Of a stretch of DNA of 34,822 bases, positions 10,901-23,800 are shown in pieces. Each line of letters opens with the position of its first letter. The first letter of the stretch is position 1. The stretch is from Raillietiella orientalis. Its lineage: Eukaryota. The DNA lies in the NCBI GenBank assembly GCA_036172245.1, contig JAYWIR010000190.1, positions 1 to 34,822 on the forward strand. The letters are read 5' to 3'. The notes under the pieces are model-generated. The model saw nothing but the letters and a program-made list of their open reading frames with translations, searched no databases and was not told the DNA's origin. The translations under genes and the position numbers were made by a program.

Positions 10901-12495
10901 CAAACCCTGAAGCTTCCAAATTCGGTCCACATAATGATTCAAAGAGAAGGAAAACATTCCATTTCTAATTACGACACTGGTAACCATGAAAACGAAACAG
11001 AGTCCAAAGTACCCCACCGTAAGGAAAGGACGCACCCCTATCAACGTTCTTCTGAACCCAGTCAAATGTACGTATGTGCAGCTATCCATGACACGAATTT
11101 GCCGCACGCTGCAAATGAACGCTTCGGGGAGAGGCGCAAAAGTTCAAAGGTGTCATCTGCTGATTTCGAATTGATTACAAACCCTGAAACTTCCAAATTC
11201 GGTCCACATAATGATTCAAAGAGAAGGAAAACATTCCATTTCTAATTACGACACTGGTAACCATGAAAACGAAACAGAGTCCAAAGTACCCCACCCTAAG
11301 GAAAGGACGCACCCCTATCAATGTTCTTCTGAACCCAGTCAAATGTACGTATGTGCAGCTATCCATGACACGAATTTGCCGCACGCTGCAAATGAACGCT
11401 TCGGGGAGAGGCGCAAAAGTGCAAAGGTGTCATCTGCTGATTTCGAATTGATTACAAACCCTGAAACTTCTAAATTCGGTCCACATAATGATTCAAAGAG
11501 AAGGAAAACATTCCATTTCTAATTACGACACTGGTAACCATGAAAACGAAACAGAGTCCAAAGTACCCCACCCTAAGGAAAGGACGCACCCCTATCAATG
11601 TTCTTCTGAACCCAGTCAAATGTACGTATGTGCAGCTATCCATGACACGAATTTGCCGCACGCTGCAAATGAACGCTTCGGGGAGAGGCGCAAAAGTTCA
11701 AAGGTGTCATCTGCTGATTTCGAATTGATTACAAACCCTGAAACGTCCAAATTCGGTCCACATAATGATTCAAAGAGAAGGAAAACATTCCATTTCTAAT
11801 TCCGACACTGGTAACCATGAAAACGAAACAGAGTCCACAGTGCCCCACCCTAAGGAAAGGACGCACTCCTCTCAATGTACTTCTGGACCCAGTCAAATGA
11901 ACGTATGTGCAGCAATCCATGACGCGAATTTACCGCAGGCTGCAAATAGACGCTTCGGAGAGAGGCGCAAAAGTGCAAAGGTGTCATCTGCTTATATCGA
12001 ATTGATTACAAACCCTTAAACGTCCAAATTCGGTCCACATAATGAATCACAGAGAAGGAAAACATTCCATTTCTAATTCCCACACTGGTAACCATGAAAA
12101 CGAAACAGAGTCAAAAGTGCCCCACTCTAAGGAAAGGACGCACTCCTATCAATGTACTTCTGAACCCAGTCAAATGTACGTATGTGCAGCTATCCATGAC
12201 ACGAATTTGCCCCTCGCTGCAAATTGACGCTTCGGGGAGGGGCGCAAAAGTGCAAAGGTGTCATCTGCTGATTTCGAATTGATTACAAACCCTGAAACGT
12301 CCAAATTCGGTCCACATATTGATTCAAAGAGAAGTAAAACATACCCTTTCTAATTACGACACTGGTAACCATGAAAACGAAACAGAGTACAGAGTGCCCC
12401 ACCCTAAGGAAAGCACGCATTCTTCTCAATGTTCTTCTGATCCCAGTCAAATGTACGTATGTCCGGCTATCCATGACACGAATTTGCCGCTCGCT
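4955..12495. repeat. Copy 1 of a ~7.75-8.0 kb (28-29 monomer) tandem segmental duplication within the array (boundaries approximate)
   Basis: Private variants are shared with copy 2 at +7753: GGACCCACTC 5214/12967, CCATCAAAAGG 6001/13754, CCAGCTTAAG 6031/13784, and the 178-aa spurious ORF 5726/13479. After one extra monomer the offset is +8030: CACCGTAAGG 11015/19045. Confidence 0.93.
6752..12495. repeat. 11/12-mer higher-order repeat: first unit (11 monomers, 3046 bp) plus a truncated second unit
   Basis: The unit start CCTTTAAACGTCCATATTC occurs at 6752 and 9798. Matching monomers are 7058/10104 and 7612/10658 (offset 3046), then 8442/11765, 8719/12042 and 8996/12319 (offset 3323). Confidence 0.9.
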
Positions 12496-12707
12496 GCAAA
12501 TGGACGCTTCGGGGAGAGGCGCAAAAGTGCAAAGGTGTCATCTGCTTATTTCGAATTGATTACAAACCCTTAAACGTCCAAATTCGGTCCACATAATGAT
12601 TCAAAGAGAAGGAAAACATTCCATTTCTAATTCCGACACTGGTAACCATGAAAACGAAACAGAGTCCAAAGTGCCCCACCCTAAGGAAAGGACGCACTCC
12701 TCTCAAT

Positions 12708-15700
12708 GTTCTTCTGAACCCAGTCAAATGTACGTATGTGCAGGTATCCATGACACGAATTTGCCGCTCGCTGCAAATGGACGCTTCGGGGAGAGGCGCA
12801 AAAGTGCAAAGGTGTCATCTGTTGATTTCGAATTGATTACAAACCCTGAAACGTTTAAATTCGGTCCACATAATGATTCAAAGAGAAGGAAAACATTCCA
12901 TTTCTAATTCCCACACTGGTAACCATGAAAACGAAACAGAGTCCAAAGTGCCCCACCCTAAGGAAAGGACCCACTCCTCTCAATGTTCTTCTGAACCCAG
13001 TCAAATGTACGTATGTGCAGCTATCCTTGACACGAATTTGCCGGTCGCTGCAAATGGACGCTTCGGAGAGAGGCGCAAAAGTGCAAAGGTGTCATCTGCT
13101 GATTTCGAATTGATTACAAACCCTGAAACTTCCAAATTCGGTCCACATAATGATTCAAAGAGAAGGAAAACATTCCATTTCTAATTACGACACTGGTAAC
13201 CATGAAAACGAAACAGAGTCCAAAGTGCCCCACCCTAAGGAAAGGACGCACTCCTCTCAATGTTCTTCTGAACCCAGTCAAATGTACGTATGTGCAGCTA
13301 TCCATGACACGAATTTGCCGCTCGCTGCAAATGGACGCTTCGGGGAGAGGCGCAAAAGTGCAAAGGTGTCATCTGCTGATTTCGAATTGATTACAAACCC
13401 TGAAACGTCCAAATTCGGTCCACATAATGATTCAAAGAGAAGGAAAACATTCCATTTCTAATTCCGACACTGGTAACCATGAAAACGAAACAGAGTCCAA
13501 AGTGCCCCACCCTAAGGAAAGGACGCACTCCTCTCAATGTTCTTCTGAACCCAGTCAAATGTACGTGTGTGCAGCTTTCCATGACACGAATTTGCCGCTC
13601 GCTGCAAATGGACGCTTCGGAGAGAGGCGCAAAAGTGCAAAGGTGTCATCTGCTGATTTCGAATTTATTACAAACCCTTAAACGTCCAAATTGGGTCCAC
13701 ATAATGAATCAAAGAGAAGGAAAACATTCCCTGTCTAATTCCGACACTGGTAACCATCAAAAGGAAACAGAGTCCAAAGTACCCCAGCTTAAGGAAAGGA
13801 CGCACCCCTATCAATGTTCTTCTGAACCCAGTCAAATGTACGTATGTGCAGCTATCCATGACGCGAATTTGCCGCTCGCTGCAAATGAACGCTTCGGGGA
13901 GAGGCGCAAAAGTGCAAAGGTGTCATCTGCTGATTACGAATTGATTACAAACCCTGAAACGTCCAAATTCGGTCCACATAATGATTCAAAGAGAAGGAAA
14001 ACATTCCATTTCTAATTCCGACACTGGCAACCATGAAAACGAAAGAGAGTCCAAACTGCCCCACCCTAAGGAAAGGACGCACTCCTCTCAATGTACTTCT
14101 CAACCCAGTCAAATGTACGTATGTGCAGCTATCCATGACGCGAATTTACCGCAGGCTGCAAATAGACGCTTCTGGGAGAGGCGCCAAAGTTCAAAGGTGT
14201 CATCTGCTGATTTCGAATTGATTACAAACCCCGAAACGTACAAATTCGGTCCACATAATGAATCACAGAGTAGGAAAACATTCCATTTCTTATTCCCACA
14301 CTGGTAACCATGAAAACGAAACAGAGTTAAAGTGCCCCACCCTATGGAAAGGACGCACTTTTCTCAATATTCTTCTGAACCCAGTCAAATGTACGTGTGT
14401 GCAGCTTTCCATGACACGAATTTGCCGCTCGCTGCAAATGGACGCTTCGGAGAGAGGCGCAAAAGTGCAAAGGTGTCATCTGCTGATTTCGAATTGATTA
14501 CAAACCTTTAAACGTCCATATTCGGTCCACATAATGAATCACAGAGAAGGAAAACATTCCATTTCTAATTCGGACACTGGTAACCATGGAAACGAAACAG
14601 AGTCCAAAGTACCCCATTCTAAGGAAAGGACGCACTCCTCTCAATGATCTTCTTTACCCAGTCAAATGTACGTATGTGCAGCTATCCATGACACGAAGTT
14701 CCCGCTCGCTGCAAATGGACGCTTCGGAGAGAGGCGCAAAAGTGCAAAGGTGTCATCTGCTTATTTCGAATTGATTACAAACCCTGAAAGGTCCAAATTC
14801 GGTCCACATAATGAATCACAGAGAAAAAAAACATTCCATTTCTAATTCCCACACTGGTAACCATGAAAACGAAACAGAGTACAGAGTGCCCCACCCTAAG
14901 GAAAGGACGCATTCTTCTCAATGTTCTTCTGATCCCAGTCAAATGTACGTATGTCCGGCTATCCATGACACGAATTTGCCGCTCGCTGCAAATGGTCGCT
15001 TCAGGGAGAGGCGCAAAAGTGCAAAGGTGTCATCTGCTTATTTCGAATTGATAACAAACCCTTAAACGTCCAAATTCGGTCCACATAATGATTCAAAGAG
15101 AAGGAAAACATTCCATTTCTAATTCCTACACTGGTAACCATGAAAACGAAACAGAGTCCAAAGTGCCCCACCCTAAGGAAAGGATGCACTCCTCTTAATG
15201 TTCTTCTGAACCCAGTCAAATGTACGTATGTGCAGGTATCCATGACACGAATTTGCCGCTCGATGCAAATGGACGCTTCGGGGAGAGGCGCAAAAGTGCA
15301 AAGGTGTCATCTGCTGATTTCGAATTGATTACAAACCCTGAAACGTCCAAATTCGGTCCACATATTGATTCAAAGAGAAGTAAAACATACCCTTTCTAAT
15401 TACGACACTGGTAACCATGAAAACGAAACAGAGTTAAAGTGCTTCATCCTATGGAAAGGACGCACTTTTTTCAATGTTCTTCTGAACCCAGTCAAATGTA
15501 CGTGTGTGCAGCTTTCCATGACACGAATTTGCCGGTCGCTGCAAATGGACGCTTCGGAGAGAGGCGCAAAAGTGCAAAGGTGTCATCTGCTGATTTCGAA
15601 TTGATTACAAACCCTGAAGCTTCCAAATTCGGTCCACATAATGATTCAAAGAGAAGGAAAACATTCCATTTCTAATTACGACACTGGTAACCATGAAAAC

Positions 15701-18700
15701 GAAACAGAGTCCAAAGTACCCCACCCTAAGGAAAGGACGCACCCCTATCAATGTTCTTCTGAACCCAGTCAAATGTACGTATGTGCAGCTATCCATGACA
15801 CGAATTTGCCGCTCGCTGCAAATGAACGCTTCGGGGAGAGGCGCAAAAGTGCAAAGGTGTCATCTGCTGATTTCGAATTGATTACAAACCCTGAAACTTC
15901 CAAATTCGGTCCACATAATGATTCAAAGAGAAGGAAAACATTCCATTTCTAATTACGACACTGGTAACCATGAAAACGAAACAGAGTCCAAAGTACCCCA
16001 CCCTAAGGAAAGGACGCACCCCTATCAATGTTCTTCTGAACCCAGTCAAATGTACGTATGTGCAGCTATCCATGACACGAATTTGCCGCACGCTGCAAAT
16101 GAACGCTTCGGGGAGAGGCGCAAAAGTGCAAAGGTGTCATCTGCTGATTTCGAATTGATTACAAACCCTGAAACTTCTAAATTCGGTCCACATAATGATT
16201 CAAAGAGAAGGAAAACATTCCATTTCTAATTACGACACTGGTAACCATGAAAACGAAACAGAGTCCAAAGTACCCCACCCTAAGGAAAGGACGCACCCCT
16301 ATCAATGTTCTTCTGAACCCAGTCAAATGTACGTATGTGCAGCTATCCATGACACGAATTTGCCGCACGCTGCAAATGAACGCTTCGGGGAGAGGCGCAA
16401 AAGTTCAAAGGTGTCATCTGCTGATTTCGAATTGATTACAAACCCTGAAACGTCCAAATTCGGTCCACATAATGATTCAAAGAGAAGGAAAACATTCCAT
16501 TTCTAATTCCGACACTGGTAACCATGAAAACGAAACAGAGTCCACAGTGCCCCACCCTAAGGAAAGGACGCACTCCTCTCAATGTACTTCTGGACCCAGT
16601 CAAATGAACGTATGTGCAGCAATCCATGACGCGAATTTACCGCAGGCTGCAAATAGACGCTTCGGAGAGAGGCGCAAAAGTGCAAAGGTGTCATCTGCTG
16701 ATTTCGAATTGATTACAAACCCTGAAACGTCCAAATTCGGTCCACATAATGAATCACAGAGAAGGAAAACATTCCATTTCTAATTCCCACACTGGTAACC
16801 ATGAAAACGAAACAGAGTCAAAAGTGCCCCACTCTAAGGAAAGGACGCACTCCTATCAATGTACTTCTGAACCCAGTCAAATGTACGTATGTGCAGCTAT
16901 CCATGACACGAATTTGCCCCTCGCTGCAAATTGACGCTTCGGGGAGGGGCGCAAAAGTGCAAAGGTGTCATCTGCTGATTTCGAATTGATTACAAACCCT
17001 GAAACGTCCAAATTCGGTCCACATATTGATTCAAAGAGAAGTAAAACATACCCTTTCTAATTACGACACTGGTAACCATGAAAACGAAACAGAGTACAGA
17101 GTGCCCCACCCTAAGGAAAGCACGCATTCTTCTCAATGTTCTTCTGATCCCAGTCAAATGTACGTATGTCCGGCTATCCATGACACGAATTTGCCGCTCG
17201 CTGCAAATGGTCGCTTCAGGGAGAGGCGCAAAAGTGCAAAGGTGTCATCTGCTTATTTCGAATTGATAACAAACCCTTAAATGTCCAAATTCGGTCCACA
17301 TAATGATTCAAAGAGAAGGAAAACATTCCATTTCTAATTCCTACACTGGTAACCATGAAAACGAAACAGAGTCCAAAGTGCCCCACCCTAAGGAAAGGAT
17401 GCACTCCTCTTAATGTTCTTCTGAACCCAGTCAAATGTACGTATGTGCAGGTATCCATGACACGAATTTGCCGCTCGCTGCAAATGGACGCTTCGGGGAG
17501 AGGCGCAAAAGTGCAAAGGTGTCATCTGCTGATTTCGAATTGATTACAAACCCTGAAGCTTCCAAATTCGGTCCACATAATGATTCAAAGAGAAGGAAAA
17601 CATTCCATTTCTAATTACGACACTGGTAACCATGAAAACGAAACAGAGTCCAAAGTACCCCACCCTAAGGAAAGGACGCACCCCTATCAACGTTCTTCTG
17701 AACCCAGTCAAATGTACGTATGTGCAGCTATCCATGACACGAATTTGCCGCACGCTGCAAATGAACGCTTCGGGGAGAGGCGCAAAAGTGCAAAGGTGTC
17801 ATCTGCTGATTTCGAATTGATTACAAACCTTTAAACGTCCATATTCGGTCCACATAATGAATCACAGAGAAGGAAAACATTCCATTTCTAATTCGGACAC
17901 TGGTAACCATGGAAACGAAACAGAGTCCAAAGTACCCCATTCTAAGGAAAGGACGCACTCCTCTCAATGATCTTCTTTACCCAGTCAAATGTACGTATGT
18001 GCAGCTATCCATGACACGAAGTTCCCGCTCGCTGCAAATGGACGCTTCGGAGAGAGGCGCAAAAGTGCAAAGGTGTCATCTGCTTATTTCGAATTGATTA
18101 CAAACCCTGAAAGGTCCAAATTCGGTCCACATAATGAATCACAGAGAAAAAAAACATTCCATTTCTAATTCCCACACTGGTAACCATGAAAACGAAACAG
18201 AGTACAGAGTGCCCCACCCTAAGGAAAGGACGCATTCTTCTCAATGTTCTTCTGATCCCAGTCAAATGTACGTATGTCCGGCTATCCATGACACGAATTT
18301 GCCGCTCGCTGCAAATGGTCGCTTCAGGGAGAGGCGCAAAAGTGCAAAGGTGTCATCTGCTTATTTCGAATTGATAACAAACCCTTAAACGTCCAAATTC
18401 GGTCCACATAATGATTCAAAGAGAAGGAAAACATTCCATTTCTAATTCCTACACTGGTAACCATGAAAACGAAACAGAGTCCAAAGTGCCCCACCCTAAG
18501 GAAAGGATGCACTCCTCTTAATGTTCTTCTGAACCCAGTCAAATGTACGTATGTGCAGGTATCCATGACACGAATTTGCCGCTCGATGCAAATGGACGCT
18601 TCGGGGAGAGGCGCAAAAGTGCAAAGGTGTCATCTGCTGATTTCGAATTGATTACAAACCCTGAAACGTCCAAATTCGGTCCACATATTGATTCAAAGAG

Positions 18701-20525
18701 AAGTAAAACATACCCTTTCTAATTACGACACTGGTAACCATGAAAACGAAACAGAGTTAAAGTGCTTCATCCTATGGAAAGGACGCACTTTTTTCAATGT
18801 TCTTCTGAACCCAGTCAAATGTACGTGTGTGCAGCTTTCCATGACACGAATTTGCCGGTCGCTGCAAATGGACGCTTCGGAGAGAGGCGCAAAAGTGCAA
18901 AGGTGTCATCTGCTGATTTCGAATTGATTACAAACCCTGAAGCTTCCAAATTCGGTCCACATAATGATTCAAAGAGAAGGAAAACATTCCATTTCTAATT
19001 ACGACACTGGTAACCATGAAAACGAAACAGAGTCCAAAGTACCCCACCGTAAGGAAAGGACGCACCCCTATCAACGTTCTTCTGAACCCAGTCAAATGTA
19101 CGTATGTGCAGCTATCCATGACACGAATTTGCCGCACGCTGCAAATGAACGCTTCGGGGAGAGGCGCAAAAGTTCAAAGGTGTCATCTGCTGATTTCGAA
19201 TTGATTACAAACCCTGAAACTTCCAAATTCGGTCCACATAATGATTCAAAGAGAAGGAAAACATTCCATTTCTAATTACGACACTGGTAACCATGAAAAC
19301 GAAACAGAGTCCAAAGTACCCCACCCTAAGGAAAGGACGCACCCCTATCAATGTTCTTCTGAACCCAGTCAAATGTACGTATGTGCAGCTATCCATGACA
19401 CGAATTTGCCGCACGCTGCAAATGAACGCTTCGGGGAGAGGCGCAAAAGTGCAAAGGTGTCATCTGCTGATTTCGAATTGATTACAAACCCTGAAACTTC
19501 TAAATTCGGTCCACATAATGATTCAAAGAGAAGGAAAACATTCCATTTCTAATTACGACACTGGTAACCATGAAAACGAAACAGAGTCCAAAGTACCCCA
19601 CCCTAAGGAAAGGACGCACCCCTATCAATGTTCTTCTGAACCCAGTCAAATGTACGTATGTGCAGCTATCCATGACACGAATTTGCCGCACGCTGCAAAT
19701 GAACGCTTCGGGGAGAGGCGCAAAAGTTCAAAGGTGTCATCTGCTGATTTCGAATTGATTACAAACCCTGAAACGTCCAAATTCGGTCCACATAATGATT
19801 CAAAGAGAAGGAAAACATTCCATTTCTAATTCCGACACTGGTAACCATGAAAACGAAACAGAGTCCACAGTGCCCCACCCTAAGGAAAGGACGCACTCCT
19901 CTCAATGTACTTCTGGACCCAGTCAAATGAACGTATGTGCAGCAATCCATGACGCGAATTTACCGCAGGCTGCAAATAGACGCTTCGGAGAGAGGCGCAA
20001 AAGTGCAAAGGTGTCATCTGCTTATATCGAATTGATTACAAACCCTTAAACGTCCAAATTCGGTCCACATAATGAATCACAGAGAAGGAAAACATTCCAT
20101 TTCTAATTCCCACACTGGTAACCATGAAAACGAAACAGAGTCAAAAGTGCCCCACTCTAAGGAAAGGACGCACTCCTATCAATGTACTTCTGAACCCAGT
20201 CAAATGTACGTATGTGCAGCTATCCATGACACGAATTTGCCCCTCGCTGCAAATTGACGCTTCGGGGAGGGGCGCAAAAGTGCAAAGGTGTCATCTGCTG
20301 ATTTCGAATTGATTACAAACCCTGAAACGTCCAAATTCGGTCCACATATTGATTCAAAGAGAAGTAAAACATACCCTTTCTAATTACGACACTGGTAACC
20401 ATGAAAACGAAACAGAGTACAGAGTGCCCCACCCTAAGGAAAGCACGCATTCTTCTCAATGTTCTTCTGATCCCAGTCAAATGTACGTATGTCCGGCTAT
20501 CCATGACACGAATTTGCCGCTCGCT
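12708..20525. repeat. Copy 2 of the 28-29 monomer tandem duplication (boundaries approximate)
   Basis: Same ordered series of monomer types and private SNPs as ~4955-12495, with one additional E-type monomer in the 15641-16471 run. Confidence 0.93.
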
Positions 20526-20866
20526 GCAAATGGTCGCTTCAGGGAGAGGCGCAAAAGTGCAAAGGTGTCATCTGCTTATTTCGAATTGATAACAAACCCT
20601 TAAATGTCCAAATTCGGTCCACATAATGATTCAAAGAGAAGGAAAACATTCCATTTCTAATTCCTACACTGGTAACCATGAAAACGAAACAGAGTCCAAA
20701 GTGCCCCACCCTAAGGAAAGGATGCACTCCTCTTAATGTTCTTCTGAACCCAGTCAAATGTACGTATGTGCAGGTATCCATGACACGAATTTGCCGCTCG
20801 CTGCAAATGGACGCTTCGGGGAGAGGCGCAAAAGTGCAAAGGTGTCATCTGCTGATTTCGAATTGA
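14505..20866. repeat. 12-mer higher-order repeat (3323 bp), one full and one nearly full unit
   Basis: Unit starts at 14505 and 17828. Matching monomers 14811/18134, 15365/18688, 16472/19795, 16749/20072 and 17026/20349 are all offset by 3323. Confidence 0.92.
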
Positions 20867-23800
20867 TTACAAACCCTGAAACGTCCAAATTCGGTCCACA
20901 TAATGATTCAAAGAGAAGTAAAACATACCCTTTCTAATTACGACACTGGTAACCATGAAAACGAAACAGAGTTAAAGTGCCCCATCCTATGGAAAGGACG
21001 CACTTTTCTCAATGTTCTTCTGAACCCAGTCAAATGTACGTGTGTGCAGCTTTCCATGACACGAATTTGCCGGTCGCTGCAAATGGACGCTTCGGAGAGA
21101 GGCGCAAAAGTGCAAAGGTGTCATCTGCTGATTTCGAATTGATTACAAACCCTGAAACGTCCAAATTCGGTCCACATAATGATTCAAAGAGAAGGAAAAC
21201 ATTCCATTTCTAATTACGACACTGGTAACCATGAAAACGAAACAGAGTCCAAAGTACCCCACCCTAAGGAAAGGACGCACTCCTATCAATGTTCTTCTGA
21301 ACCCAGTCAAATGTACGTATGTGCAGCTATCCATGACACGAATTTGCCGCTCGCTGCAAATGGACGCTTCGGGGAGAGGCGCAAAAGTGCAAAGGTGTCA
21401 TCTGCTGATTTCGAATTGATTACAAACCCTGAAACTTAAATTCGGTCCACATAATGATTCAAAGAGAAGGAAAACATTCCATTTCTAATTACGACACTGG
21501 TAACCATGAAAACGAAACAGAGTCCAAAGTGCCCCACCCTAAGGAAAGGACGCACTATCAATGTTCTTCTGAACCCAGTCAAATGTACGTATGTGCAGCT
21601 ATCCATGACACGAATTTGCCGCTCGCTGCAAATGGACGCTTCGGGGAGAGGCGCAAAAGTGCAAAGGTGTCATCTGCTGATTTCGAATTGATTACAAACC
21701 CTCAAACGTCCAAATTCGGTCCACATAATCATTCAAAGAGAAGGAAAACATTCCCTTTCTAATTCCGACACTGGTAACCATGAAAACGAAACAGAGTCCA
21801 AAGTGCCCCACCCTAAGGAAAGGACGCACTCCTCTCAATGTACTTCTGAACCCAGTCAAATGTACGTATGTGCAGCTATCCATGACACGAATTTGCCGCT
21901 CGCTGCAAATGGACGCTTCGGGGAGAGGCGCAAAAGTGCAAAGGTGTCATCTGCTGATTTCGAATTGATTACAAACCCTGAAACGTACAAATTCGGTCCA
22001 CATAATGAATCACAGAGTAGGAAAACATTCCATTTCTAATTCCCACACTGGTAACCATGAAAACGAAACAGAGTAAAGTGCCCCACCCTAAGGAAAGGAC
22101 GCACTCCTCTCAATGTTCTTCTGAACCCAGTCAAATGTACGTATGTGCAGCTATCCATGACACGAATTTGCCGCTCGCTGCAAATGGACGCTTCGGGGAG
22201 AGGCGCAAAAGTGCAAAGGTGTCATCTGCTGATTTCGAATTGATTACAAACCCTGAAACGTCCAAATTCGGTCCACATATTGATTCAAAGAGAAGTAAAA
22301 CATACCCTTTCTAATTACGACACTGGTAACCATGAAAACGAAACAGAGTTAAAGTGCCCCATCCTATGGAAAGGACGCACTTTTCTCAATGTTCTTCTGA
22401 ACCCAGTCAAATGTACGTGTGTGCAGCTTTCCATGACACGAATTTGCCGCTCGCTGCAAATGGACGCTTCGGAGAGAGGCGCAAAAGTGCAAAGGTGTCA
22501 TCTGCTGATTTCGAATTGATTACAAACCCTGAAACGTCCAAATTCGGTCCACATATTGATTCAAAGAGAAGTAAAACATTCCCTTTCTAATTACGACACT
22601 GGTAACCATGAAAACGAAACAGAGTTAAAGTGCCCCATCCTATGGAAAGGACGCACTTTTCTCAATGTTCTTCTGAACCCAGTCAAATGTACGTGTGTGC
22701 AGCTTTCCATGACACGAATTTGCCGGTCGCTGCAAATGGACGCTTCGGAGAGAGGCGCAAAAGTGCAAAGGTGTCATCTGCTGATTTCGAATTGATTACA
22801 AACCCTGAAACTTCCAAATTCGGTCCACATAATGATTCAAAGAGAAGGAAAACATTCCATTTCTAATTACGACACTGGTAACCATGAAAACGAAACAGAG
22901 TCCAAAGTACCCCACCCTAAGGAAAGGACGCACTCCTCTCAATGTTCTTCTGAACCCAGTCAAATGTACGTATGTGCAGCTATCCATGACACGAATTTGC
23001 CGCTCGCTGCAAATGGACGCTTCGGGGAGAGGCGCAAAAGTGCAAAGGTGTCATCTGCTGATTTCGAATTGATTACAAACCCTGAAACGTCCAAATTCGG
23101 TCCACATAATGATTCAAAGAGAAGGAAAACATTCCATTTCTAATTCCGACACTGGTAACCATGAAAACGAAACAGAGTCCAAAGTGCCCCACCCTAAGGA
23201 AAGGACGCACTCCTCTCAATGTTCTTCTGAACCCAGTCAAATGTACGTATGTGCAGCTATCCATGACACGAATTTGCCGCTCGCTGCAAATGGACGCTTC
23301 GGGGAGAGGCGCAAAAGTGCAAAGGTGTCATCTGCTGATTTCGAATTGATTACAAACCCCGAAACGTACAAATTCGGTCCACATAATGATTCAAAGAGAA
23401 GGAAAACAGTCCCTTTCTAATTACGACACTGGTAACCATGAAAACGAAACAGATTCCAAAGTGCCCCACCCTAAGGAAAGGACGCACTCCTCTCAATGTT
23501 TTTCTCAACCCAGTCAAATGTACGTATGTGCAGCTATCCATGACACGAATTTGCCCCTCGCTGCAAATTGACGCTTCGGAGAGAGGCGCAAAAGTGCAAA
23601 GGTGTCATCTGCTGATATCGAATTGATTACAACCCCTTAAACGTCCAAATTCGGTCCACATAATGAATCACAGAGAAGGAAAACATTCCATTTCTAATTC
23701 CCACACTGGTAGCCATGAAAACGAAACAGAGTACAAAGTGCCCCACCCTAAGGAAAGGACGCACTCCTCTCAATGTTCTTCTGAACCCAGTCAAATGTAC

